DNA of 64,000 nt, taken from the NCBI GenBank assembly GCA_965644495.1, contig CBFFSA010000001.1, positions 3,534,001 to 3,598,000 on the forward strand. The letters are read 5' to 3'. The translations under genes and the position numbers were made by a program. Source of the stretch: Perkinsela sp. CCAP 1560/9 (lineage: Eukaryota > Protista > Euglenozoa: Kinetoplastea). The notes below the pieces were generated by a model, which worked only from the letters and a program-made list of their open reading frames with translations, made no database searches and was not told the DNA's origin. This document shows, in pieces, positions 30,608-40,251 of this stretch (position 1 is its first letter; each line of letters starts with the position of its first letter).

Positions 30608-31333
30608 ATGCACGCCCTCCTCTCCACCCTCCCCCCCTCCCTCACCTCCTCCCCCGCGGTCCGTGCCGCTCTCCTCTCCACGGACCGCCGCCACTACGTC
30701 CCCCCCGCCTCCTCCCCCCTGGCCTACACCGACGCCCCCCTCCCCCTCGGCCACGGCGTCACCATCTCCGCCCCCCACATGCACGCCATGGCTCTGGCCC
30801 TCCTCGAGCCCTATCTCCTCCCCCGAACCGATCCCCCCACCACCCCTCCCCTACGCATCCTGGACGTTGGCTCCGGCTCCGGGTACCTCACCGCGGCGCT
30901 CGCGGCCATGGCCGGGGTGGGCGGGGAGGGGGGGGACAACGACAACCGCAGTGGTCGTCGGCCCCCCCCCGTGGTCGTCTACGGGGTGGAATCCGTAAAG
31001 GAGCTGGTCCCGGTCTCCAAGGCGAATCTCGCGGCGGACGGGAAAGGGGCGTGGGTGGAGGACGGGAGAGTGGTGCTACGGCACGGGGATGGGAGTAAAG
31101 GGGTACCGGGGGAGAAGGGGCCGTATGCGGCGATCCATGTGGGGGCGGCCGCGGGGGTGTTCCCGCGGGCGTTGGTGGAGCAGTTGGCGGCGCCGGGGGG
31201 GATGGTGGTGCCGTTGGGGGGGCAGGGGGAGGTGCAGCAGTTGACGTTGATTGAGAAGGATGGGGAGGGGAGGGTGAGGATGAGGGAGTGTTGTGCGGTG
31301 CAGTATGTGCCGTTGCATATGGAGGGGGGGTGA
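30608..31333 (+). CDS. PCMT1: Protein-L-isoaspartate O-methyltransferase
   Basis: TISAPHMHA, ILDVGSGSGYLTA, GDGSKG, PYAAIHVGAAA, YVPL. Confidence 0.93.
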   Translation: MHALLSTLPPSLTSSPAVRAALLSTDRRHYVPPASSPLAYTDAPLPLGHGVTISAPHMHAMALALLEPYLLPRTDPPTTPPLRILDVGSGSGYLTAALAAMAGVGGEGGDNDNRSGRRPPPVVVYGVESVKELVPVSKANLAADGKGAWVEDGRVVLRHGDGSKGVPGEKGPYAAIHVGAAAGVFPRALVEQLAAPGGMVVPLGGQGEVQQLTLIEKDGEGRVRMRECCAVQYVPLHMEGG

Positions 31334-31335
31334 GG

Positions 31336-31527
31336 GGGGAGTGAGGGGTTGCGTTGCTGGGGTTTTGTTCCTGTTGGGAATGAAGATTAGTTGTACATAC
31401 GTGGGTTAGCGTTATTACAAACTGCAACCGGGGGTAGGGGGAGTGATGGGTTGCGTTGCTGGGTTTTTTTCCTGTTGAGAATGAAGATTAGTTGTACATA
31501 CGTGGGTTGTACATACGTGGGTTAGCG
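31336..31527. repeat. Two ~100-bp direct repeats 3' of the PIMT gene
   Basis: GGGGAGTGA..GGGTTGCGTTGCTGGG...GAATGAAGATTAGTTGTACATACGTGGGTT occurs twice. Confidence 0.85.
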
Positions 31528-31701
31528 GTATTGCTTTATTAGTAGATTACTTAACATACGAGTGACTACATACTGTCAGTCTTAGAGTGTATTATTCAAT
31601 ACGTAGACTTCAACCAGAAAAAAAATCAGACGGGGATTTGCCCTTATAAAGCAAAACATCGTGTACGCATGGCATAAGTTTTCTTTTGGCATAAGTTTGC
31701 T

Positions 31702-32334
31702 ATGTACTGTATATGTTTATCGTTCGTGGACGAGTTACAAACTGTAACTCGTGCTGGTAAAGTAAGAGGTAACATACTTCCGCCTGAACACACACTTTCT
31801 TACTTTATTGAGAACGTGGAAAACCCGCACCCCTCATGGAACACTACTACTCCGGCATGCAGTTGGGATGGAATATGCTGCACTGAATCGGCCCAAGTTA
31901 CAGAAATAAAATGGCAGGGTCGTAGACTGCGTGGCTTCCTGAATTGGGGTAAACTTCCCAGTACGCTGGTATCGATAAACGTAGGCACTGGCGTCTACGG
32001 ACTCCGTAATCATCTTACTGGGATGATAGAATTTATCCTTTTGCTTCCAGGTTTGGAAAAACTCCTCGCCATGAAGGCTAATTTTTCGGGGGATCTTGAC
32101 TTTACACAGCTTCCAGACAGTATGCGAAACGTTGTATTGAATGGAAATCGATTTAGCGGTGGGCTAAATTTCCTACAGTTACCTTCAGGATTAAACACTC
32201 TGGTGCTAAGCAGCAATTTTTTCTCAGGTGTTGTCGATTTCACTAACCTTCCGAGTAAACTGCATCATCTAGAAATTGATGCATATGTTATCATTCCTCT
32301 TGGGAAAGTGCCTCCATGTGTGATTTTCGTGTAA
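31702..32334 (+). CDS. Small LRR protein (paralog 3)
   Basis: TRAGKVRGNILPPEHTL...SWNTTTPACSWDGICC followed by LRRs. Confidence 0.85.
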   Translation: MYCICLSFVDELQTVTRAGKVRGNILPPEHTLSYFIENVENPHPSWNTTTPACSWDGICCTESAQVTEIKWQGRRLRGFLNWGKLPSTLVSINVGTGVYGLRNHLTGMIEFILLLPGLEKLLAMKANFSGDLDFTQLPDSMRNVVLNGNRFSGGLNFLQLPSGLNTLVLSSNFFSGVVDFTNLPSKLHHLEIDAYVIIPLGKVPPCVIFV

Positions 32335-32699
32335 TTATTGAGTGGAAGGTCCCTTGATTCCCCTGATACATTTTTCGAAATATGGTGTAATTGGAGGTAA
32401 CACTATGTTGTCCTGATTTATTTATTGTTCTCCTTCTCTTCTGATACGTGTTACGCTTCTCGGGCAACCCTCTATTAGTTTTTCTGCATCCGTTATCTCC
32501 TCGTACCTCCTTTGCGGAGATGAGCCACTGTCAGTGGCGACTTGGCCGCGTTACAATTTCTTTTTCATAGCACAGAAAACAAAATTCCAGTAAGTACTCA
32601 AATATTTCTTCTGAAAAACATACGGCAATATTCAAGTTTTTTGAAAAGGATTACTGTCGCAGGCTTACAGTTCTTCAAGAACAGAAGAATTACTCAGCA

Positions 32700-33929
32700 T
32701 CGGTTCTTACGACCTTTGCGAAGCCACGCCGATTCAAAGATGAAATATTCCTGAACTTCCGTGCGTGATACTTCGCCGGTAACAACCGTAAAAGTAGTGG
32801 GAACGGTGTGGTGTGCATACGCCACGAAAGTAGTACGCTTGGCGTACTCCCGGTACCACGTATGCACATTCCAAATCCCCTTGAGCCCGCTTGGGCCTTG
32901 ATGAGGTGAAGAGAAACCATGCATTACACATCACTTTCCCTATTATCATCAGTCCTTTCTGGACTTTCTGTATGTCCTTTCTTTTCTTGTGATGAGTCTT
33001 ACGCTTCTCAGGCAACCCTCTTCTGAGTAACCTGAAGAAAATGAGCACCGAACCCATATATGCACCTGAAAGTCACTATCTTTGCTCTAAAATGCAGTTA
33101 TACAAATTGGGTCTATGCTGCATTTTTCAATTCTATATATTTATTTTTTCTCCTACTCAAAATACTTGCTTGTTTTTCACCACAACCTGTGCAGTACCTT
33201 TCAAAATTATTTATCTTATCGGTTCTTACGACCTTTGCGAAGTCGCGCCGCTTCAGAGATGAGATATTCCTGAACATTCATGCGTGATACTTCGCCGGTA
33301 ACAACCGTAAAAGTAGTGGGAACGGTGTGGTGTGTGTACGCCACGAAAGTAGTACGCTTAGCGTACTCCCGGTACCACGTATGCACATTCCAAATCCCCT
33401 TGAGCCCGCTTGGGCCTTGACGAGGTGAAGAGAAACCATGCATTACACATCACTTTCCTTATTTTCATCAGTCCTTTCTGGACTTTCTTTATGTCCTTTC
33501 TTTTCTTGTGATGAGTCTTACGCTTCTCAGGCAACCCTCTTCTGAGTAACCTGAAGAAAATGAGCACCGAACCCAAATATGCACCTGAACATAACCGTCC
33601 TTTCCCCCTGAACGCAGTCGCATGAATTGGGGAATTCGGATTCTTTTACTTTTATAAACTTTTTCCGTTTCGTGTTACTTCAAAATATTATTTGTCTCAT
33701 CGGTTCTTACGACCTTTGCGAAGTCACGCTGCTTCAGAGATGAAATATTCCTGAACTTCCGTGCGTGATACTTCGCCGGTAACAACCGTAAAAGTAGTGG
33801 GAACGGTGTGGCGTACTGTATACCACAAAAGCAGTACGTTCATCGTACTCCCGGTACCACGTATGCACATTCCAAATCCCCTTGAGCCTCTTGGGCCTTG
33901 ACGAGGTGAAGAGAAACCATGCATTACAT
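32700..33929. repeat. ~500-bp tandem repeat, about 2.5 copies (starts 32700, 33219, 33700), with a diverged part-unit at ~32400-32530
   Basis: TCGGTTCTTACGACCTTTGCGAAG...GAGAAACCATGCATTACA occurs three times. TACGCTTCTCRGGCAACCCTCT at ~32452, 33000 and 33519. Confidence 0.92.
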
Positions 33930-34300
33930 ATCTTCTATACAAACAAATAAATACATAAAATGTATTACAAACAGATAAGATTAATTAATGTTACGGTATG
34001 ACAAATGTGAGTTTCGTTCTTTTCACTACAAGATGAATGCTTCGAAGTTACTGCAATTGTCATGCAAATTTTTAAAGCTTTTTTATAGAATAGCTTCGTC
34101 ATATTAAGTCTATGTCGCTCTTCTAAGACAAAAAATTATGCACAACTTCTCTGTATGAACTCATAGGAGAATTTTATGCATGTACAATGTATGCAATTCG
34201 TTTTTATATCGTTAATCTCTGGAATGTCAGTTGAATGTTACAAAACGATTCAGTCAAGATACTGATGCTGCGGATTACAAATTCCATCTAGATCTCAACG

Positions 34301-34723
34301 ATGAGGACAAGGGCCGTACAAAGTGAGATGTGGTTCAATGTGTTTTCGATGAGCATAGTTCTTGGAACATCTATTCTTTGGAAGTGGCTTAATGTAATTG
34401 ACACTATTTATAACGAAACTATAACTGGCAACAAGATTTTATGGATGTCACACGCATGCTGGGCAATTCTCCTTTTTTTAGGGATATACCATACATGGTA
34501 TGATCTTCCATCTAATGCTACATTCAACACAGCTTCACATAACGGGACAATTATTTCCGAGACTAAATTCACGGCGTTCATTAAATTTTCTACGGCAATC
34601 TTTGTCACAGGCTGCACATGTTGGTGTTTAGCACTATGGCAACAGTACTCTGTATTTATATTTTTTCTAGGATTCTGGACAATTTTGAGCTTTTTACATT
34701 TATTGCCATATCTTTCAATTTAG
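34301..34723 (+). CDS. Small 4-TM membrane protein (TMEM128-like)
   Basis: Four hydrophobic segments; TAIFVTGCTCWCLALWQQYSVF resembles the TMEM128 pattern. Confidence 0.5.
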   Translation: MRTRAVQSEMWFNVFSMSIVLGTSILWKWLNVIDTIYNETITGNKILWMSHACWAILLFLGIYHTWYDLPSNATFNTASHNGTIISETKFTAFIKFSTAIFVTGCTCWCLALWQQYSVFIFFLGFWTILSFLHLLPYLSI

Positions 34724-35015
34724 TTGTCAAAAGTACGCAGAATTCGGTTGTCTCGAATGAAAGCCTCCTATTGGAATTCTGTCTTTCCTTGCTAAAGGGT
34801 ATTGGAATTCAAGTTTTTTCCTATTCGAATGTGTTCTATGATTTATGGTGGTATTGGATGACATGGTATTAGACACGACATGGTATTAGACTCTCATGCG
34901 CTTTTGATTCTATTTTGATTCCAATATTCGAATACTTTTTTATTTGCCAGGAAAGATCCTTAGGGGAGAGTACAAATTTAGGCGTCCTTCGTGTTTTCGA
35001 TATTTTCCTTTCAAA

Positions 35016-35663
35016 ATGTTTACTTGTTCTCTCCTGCATTTTTGTGGCAAAGATTGTGCGGCTCCATCGAGGGGTCACAAAGTAAGAGCTAATCTTTTTC
35101 CAGCAGAACACAGTCTTGCTTTGTTTGTTTGTGATATTGAAGACCCTGATGAAAGCTGGGTGGGCTATAATGCCGCGTGTGACTGGTTCGGAGTTACCGT
35201 TAACCAGGCAAGATTTGTTACAGAAATTCGCTGGAGTGGTATGGGACTACAGGGTACGTTACAATGGAAGCACCTTCCCGCAACCGTTGAAGTCTTGGAA
35301 ATAGGGGCTGGTTTTCGCGATCATTTGTTTCGACAGAACCATTTACAAGGTACACTCGATTTCTCGCTTTTGCCTCCATGTTTGGTCTGGTTCTCTGCTA
35401 CGGCTAACGACTTCTCAGGTACCTTAGATTTTACTCAGCTACCCCCATCTTTGCGCCACCTAGGACTACATGGAAATCAATTTAACGGCGAGGTGGATCT
35501 AACTAATTTGCCCCCCAATATTGAACATATATTTATTGGCAAAAATCTTTTTTCTGGGCGTCTTGATTTTTCGAAGTTGCCGAGAGGCCTGAAGCGGCTT
35601 GAAATTAACAAATACCGTATCACCTACTCGGGTAAATTGCCAGATTGTGTTTTCTTCGATTAA
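35016..35663 (+). CDS. Small LRR protein (paralog 4)
   Basis: SRGHKVRANLFPAEHSL...SWVGYNAACDWFGVT followed by LRRs. Confidence 0.85.
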   Translation: MFTCSLLHFCGKDCAAPSRGHKVRANLFPAEHSLALFVCDIEDPDESWVGYNAACDWFGVTVNQARFVTEIRWSGMGLQGTLQWKHLPATVEVLEIGAGFRDHLFRQNHLQGTLDFSLLPPCLVWFSATANDFSGTLDFTQLPPSLRHLGLHGNQFNGEVDLTNLPPNIEHIFIGKNLFSGRLDFSKLPRGLKRLEINKYRITYSGKLPDCVFFD

Positions 35664-36089
35664 ACGGTTCCGAAATCCGAGTATTGATGTGAAGCATCTA
35701 AGTCATGTTTCGTTTCTTTTATTATCGGACTTATAAAATAGGAACTTAATTAGTAGTAGGAACTGTAGCTTGGTACTGTACTAATAGGATACAGCCAATT
35801 GTTCATTTTTCATATGGTTTAATTTTTAAAAAAGATATATTGTACTTAACACACGTCAATGTGTTCTTTGTAGATCCTTTTAAGAAATATGATATGATTA
35901 CTCTCATAACGAAACGTACAGTGCAGTATTGTACGTAGGTGTAGCGTAGCAGGCGGAATCTTGTCTTTTACACCAAAAAACCGAATTTTAAAAACTAGAA
36001 TTAAATAATGTTGAATTAATGGAAGACTAGAATCTTGCAATATCGAGCTAGTAAATTTTTGAACTATACTTGTTCTTGTTTGACATAGC

Positions 36090-36863
36090 ATGCAGTGTGC
36101 TGACGTGCCGGTTCGAGCAGCGAAAGTTCGGGGTGGCACTCTTCCCCCCGAGTTGGAGCTCAGCCGATTCTTGGGCGATGTGCATAACCTGCGTTCTTCC
36201 TGGTCTGTGGAGACTCCGATTCACAAATGGGAAGGAGTGCGGTGCAATGAAGAAGGGAACGTTGAGGAGATCTCGTGGCCTACATTTGCTCTTCGCGGAA
36301 CGATTCATCAATGGAGTTATCTTCCCTCTACGCTTCGTGTACTGTGTCTTGGGCCAATGCTGGGCACGGGCAATGAATTGGAGGGCAAACTAATCACCGA
36401 GGATTTGCCTCGCCAAGTTAAACGTCTTGTGCTTAGCAACAATAATTTCACCGGACCGGTAAATTTTGAAGCTATTCCAGCCGATGTGGTGAAATTCGAT
36501 CTTTTTGGCAACAGCTTCTCAGGTGAGGTCATCTTTAATAATCTTCCTTCCCGTCTGGAGTACTTTGATTTGGGAAGAAACGAGTTCAGCGGGAAAGTTT
36601 GCATGGCGAACCTGCCTCATTCTCTCACCGTAATGGATCTTTCAAGAAACGATTTTAGTGGAACCCTGGAGATGACATCATTATGCCCAAAGATAAAAGT
36701 TCTCTATTTAAACCACAATAGATTCACTGGAATCGTCGATCTGTCAAAGTTGCCTTCCACTCTTGTAATTCTTCAGCTGTTCGGCAATTCAATTCAAGTG
36801 TCCGACACGTACGTTCTTCCCGGATGTGTTAAATTGGGAGATCCCAATCCAATGGTAAAATAG
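36090..36863 (+). CDS. Small LRR protein (paralog 5)
   Basis: VRAAKVRGGTLPPELEL...SWSVETPIHKWEGVRC followed by LRRs. Confidence 0.87.
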   Translation: MQCADVPVRAAKVRGGTLPPELELSRFLGDVHNLRSSWSVETPIHKWEGVRCNEEGNVEEISWPTFALRGTIHQWSYLPSTLRVLCLGPMLGTGNELEGKLITEDLPRQVKRLVLSNNNFTGPVNFEAIPADVVKFDLFGNSFSGEVIFNNLPSRLEYFDLGRNEFSGKVCMANLPHSLTVMDLSRNDFSGTLEMTSLCPKIKVLYLNHNRFTGIVDLSKLPSTLVILQLFGNSIQVSDTYVLPGCVKLGDPNPMVK

Positions 36864-36955
36864 ACTTTGTCGGTCTAGGTCATAATGCACTAGGTCATAG
36901 TTTATGGCAATGTGTAACCTTATACAGATAAGTTGTAGATACTGTAAATTAGCTA

Positions 36956-38970
36956 CAAGGGTGGGCAAACATGGGGGGTCAAAATCTGTAAAACAAAATA
37001 TCCAATTTTGGAGGGTATACCGCATTGGAAAGCTCTCGCAAAGTTACATACCGTCCAACCATGCGTTTCCCGCAGGTATAGGGGCTCTCACCACCTTTTG
37101 TCGAAGGGACTAAAACTGAGAACTTCAACCCATGCCAAATAAAATGACGTTTTACTTGAATGCTGTTCCCGCTTAGTTCCGAAAATGTGCAACTCAATGT
37201 ATTGAAGTTTATGTGTCTGAGCACCTTTGCCATTGCGTGGGTCTCGTTATTCACGTTAACGAGCAAGTGGCTTGTACCTTGATAAATAAACTCCAATATC
37301 TTGATCTCTCCACGTGCACTAGACAGAGCGCTGCTGAAAAATCCTTGCTTTTCTGAGAAAAGTTTTCTCGACGTGCTGAGATTATGCGAGAGATCCGTTT
37401 CCATGTCCAAGTCGAGTTTGCTTGGCCCAATCCTAAGCATGCGAAGAACTCATCAGCATTCTAAACAAGCTCTTTTTGACACCCATACTTGTAGCGTTCC
37501 AGCTGAGCAAAAAATACATCCCAAGCTTGTACAACTTTCTTTGGCGTGACGGTGCGATCACTGGCTGCATGGCGTGCGCTGATGTTGTTTTGTTTCATCC
37601 AATCTTTAGCCCATGACAATGAAAATTTCATCGTTCCACCGCCCAGAGACGTAGAATTTGGCGAAAGGCCCTCTTTAATACCCTAGCGTCTACAGGTGGG
37701 TTATATTGCACCCATTTCTAAAAAAACGAAAAAAGCGTGACCATGCATTTTCAGACATAATTAAATTTCATCTTTTATCACAAAACTTTCTTTTCTGTCG
37801 GATTTCCGAACACCAAACCTCCTTAGGACTTCACTGTGTGACGTCACTTCTGTCACAAGAAATGTCTGAAAATATTAAAAATAGACCGTATCTTCAACAT
37901 ACATCTCAGCACTCCTTCCTTCACACTTTTTTCACGGATTCATGAAACGCTGGATCAAGTTCCATGTTTCTTTGTCTTCTGCCTCCGTTGCTGTTTCTTC
38001 CACCTCTTCCATGCACATTGTTCCTCTTCCTCTGTTTCACTTTCAAGGTCCTTCATCCATATTCGGCAAGCTTTTCCCAAGTTTTGGACACAGAAGTAAT
38101 GATTGTAGATGTTCTTTTTTGACGACTTTTTTGATCCAAAGCGTATACAGGGCAATGCATTTCTCTGCTTCTCTCGGTTTCATAGACAACCTTCCTTTCC
38201 TTCGGACTGAACGCTTCTGCATGATTTGTGCGCACCCGCTCCGCTGTGACAAACCGGTATTTTCCGCTTCTGGAATGGTTCACAGTTCGATGTTGCACTG
38301 TATCACCCAGGCCTCTATAGGCACGCCATCCATCGGTGTACACTACTGTTCTTTTTCCTCAGCAAAGGGTATTTCTTCACAGGGTTCTGCAGCGTTACGG
38401 CGTCCCTTGTCGCCCGTAGTACCACATTTTTGTACTAATTTTCACCGCTGTGGAATCTCTCCTGCAATTTGCTGTACGCTATTGGAACTCTCCGGCAATG
38501 TATTGCGCGCTTTTGAAATGATCAGTGCACCAGCGTGCGGCACCGCCTAAATGTGGGGCGGGTAGGTGCTAACTGTATGTACATCTATAGCGCATTCTAT
38601 AGCGCATATAAATTCCAGACCCCTGTTGTTCTTAAAAGTTCGTTTTTTCCTGCAATTGATTCGGCGCTCGCAAAGAAATCCACCTACCCCAGGGTGTGGT
38701 CATTCGCGGGTATACAATATGCGAGCACACAAACGCAAACATACGAAAAGAAATAAAACAACAGAAACAGCCCGTGCATAACCCCGCGCCGCTTCGCCGC
38801 CTGAAACTTTTTGACCTCTTTTTTTGACGCGGCTACATATGCGCATTTTTGGGCCGAAACCACGTTGCGTTTCGAGTAACTGTGCGAGAGGTCTCCAATA
38901 CGGTGCCACTTTCCAAAATTGGACAATTTTTACAAATTTTGATCCCCCCATATTTTCGCCCCTACTCCTG
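36956..38970. mobile_element. Old Tc1/mariner-type TIR element (TA flanks, ~95-bp imperfect TIRs)
   Basis: TA|CAAGGGTGGGCAAACATGGGGGGTCAAAATCTGTAAAA...TCTCGCAAAGTTAC mirrors 38874-38970|TA. The GGGGGGTC-AAAAT-TGTA core is shared with the terminus at 4958. Confidence 0.75.
38053..38410 (-). pseudogene. Merlin/IS1595-family transposase remnant
   Basis: RDAVTL...(frameshift) YTDGWRAYRGL...HRTVNHS...FV...RTNHAE, the DDE_Tnp_IS1595 signature. Confidence 0.8.
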
Positions 38971-39143
38971 TATGTTATTGAATATTCACGAAGCATGTTT
39001 CTCTCATTCAGTATATATTTTTTACATCCCTACGTAACATCTTCTTTTGCGAATAAGTTGATACTTGTAAAAGAATTAATATTTGAACAAGTGGAAGTTA
39101 TGCAATACTGATTTTTTTGTCCACTCAACACGAGAATGAGATA

Positions 39144-40085
39144 ATGTCACCGCGCCGGTCATTCACTGGGCGATACATGGACATTATGGAGGCATTACGG
39201 CGCTTGGAGAGCGCTCAACCAAAACTCATTGAGGTAGGGCGTCCAACTCCGCAACTTGTGGTTTCGTTTGGTGGATCGGGAGCACTGGTAACCTATAGCC
39301 TGGGTGTGGCCCAGTGGCTGTTGGAGAACAGAGGCGATTTACTAAATCAGTGGTACTTTGTGGGTTCTGGCACCGGAGTGCTCCCCGCCGTTGCCCTTCC
39401 TTTAGCCGTGCAGAAAAAAGAGCCTCACTTGTTACGCGAGATATCCAAGTACGTCGTACAGCAGGCTCCACGTCACGTCTTTGATGAGGATCTTCGCCGT
39501 AAGTATATTCTGGACGGCCTGCGAAAATTTGTTCCAGAGGATGCTCATTGCGTACTTGAGGGGCGGGTGTGTCTATTTGCTCACATTAACTTCGAATTTA
39601 TCATTGGACGTACCCACGAGGATCTTCCAAACTCTTCTATTTTGTACGGGAATCCGTTAATTAAGTGGGACTCATCTGCGGAGTTATCGCAATGTATGGA
39701 TGCCGCCATGGTGCCTTACAGAACGCACTCTATAGATTTTAGAGGTATACCACTTCTCTCGGCGACCAAATATTCTCTTTCCTCGGAGGTGAGTTCTCAT
39801 TTGCGCCACGTTTATGTACACGGATATGCCGGGAATGCCATTCGTACATCTCATACTCGGCACAATTATGTATTTGGTCGTCATGGTACTCTGGCGAATA
39901 CATCCGTTTCTTTCAGAAGACAATTTTGGGCAAATTGCTTTCCTGGATGGTCAAAACAGGTCCTAGAATCTTCGTATCACGCGGGTTATCGCGACGCTTC
40001 AAGGTATCATCGATGGGAGGAGGACCCTTACTATCGTGCAAGAGGGTTGTCGGAGGTTGAGTTCGCGGAAGCCATCAAAAATTGA
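39144..40085 (+). CDS. Patatin-like (PNPLA-fold) protein, likely catalytically divergent
   Basis: VSFGGSGALVTYSLGVAQWL; nucleophile elbow reads GSGTG instead of GxSxG; C-terminal YHAGYRDA. Confidence 0.7.
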   Translation: MSPRRSFTGRYMDIMEALRRLESAQPKLIEVGRPTPQLVVSFGGSGALVTYSLGVAQWLLENRGDLLNQWYFVGSGTGVLPAVALPLAVQKKEPHLLREISKYVVQQAPRHVFDEDLRRKYILDGLRKFVPEDAHCVLEGRVCLFAHINFEFIIGRTHEDLPNSSILYGNPLIKWDSSAELSQCMDAAMVPYRTHSIDFRGIPLLSATKYSLSSEVSSHLRHVYVHGYAGNAIRTSHTRHNYVFGRHGTLANTSVSFRRQFWANCFPGWSKQVLESSYHAGYRDASRYHRWEEDPYYRARGLSEVEFAEAIKN

Positions 40086-40251
40086 AATACACCAATGCTC
40101 TACCTGCCTACACATCTTTGTAATAACCTGAACATCTTACTTCTTCTGTAAAGTTTTTGATTTCTTCGTACTGCTTTTTTCTTTCAGTTACACTTCGTAT
40201 ATTACTTCGTAGTGTTTTCTCTTGATTCTGCTCTCTTTGCACCTGATCTGA

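Noticed and set aside
30474-31427. Pro-rich and Gly-rich alternative ORFs overlapping PIMT (similar ones at 49677-50699 and 40882-41856)
   Set aside because: Shadow frames produced by extreme C/G skew; the conserved protein is in another frame.
32885-32925. Hammerhead ribozyme core (TTGAYGAG...GAAAC) in the 500-bp repeat
   Set aside because: C3 of CUGANGA is missing, stem II cannot form, and no closing stem III with NUH was found.
32700-33929. Spliced-leader RNA or 5S rRNA tandem array
   Set aside because: No CAGTTTCTGTACT-type SL exon with GT donor, and no 5S motifs.
37942-38550. 202-aa + strand ORF
   Set aside because: Antisense to the Merlin transposase remnant; no recognisable features.
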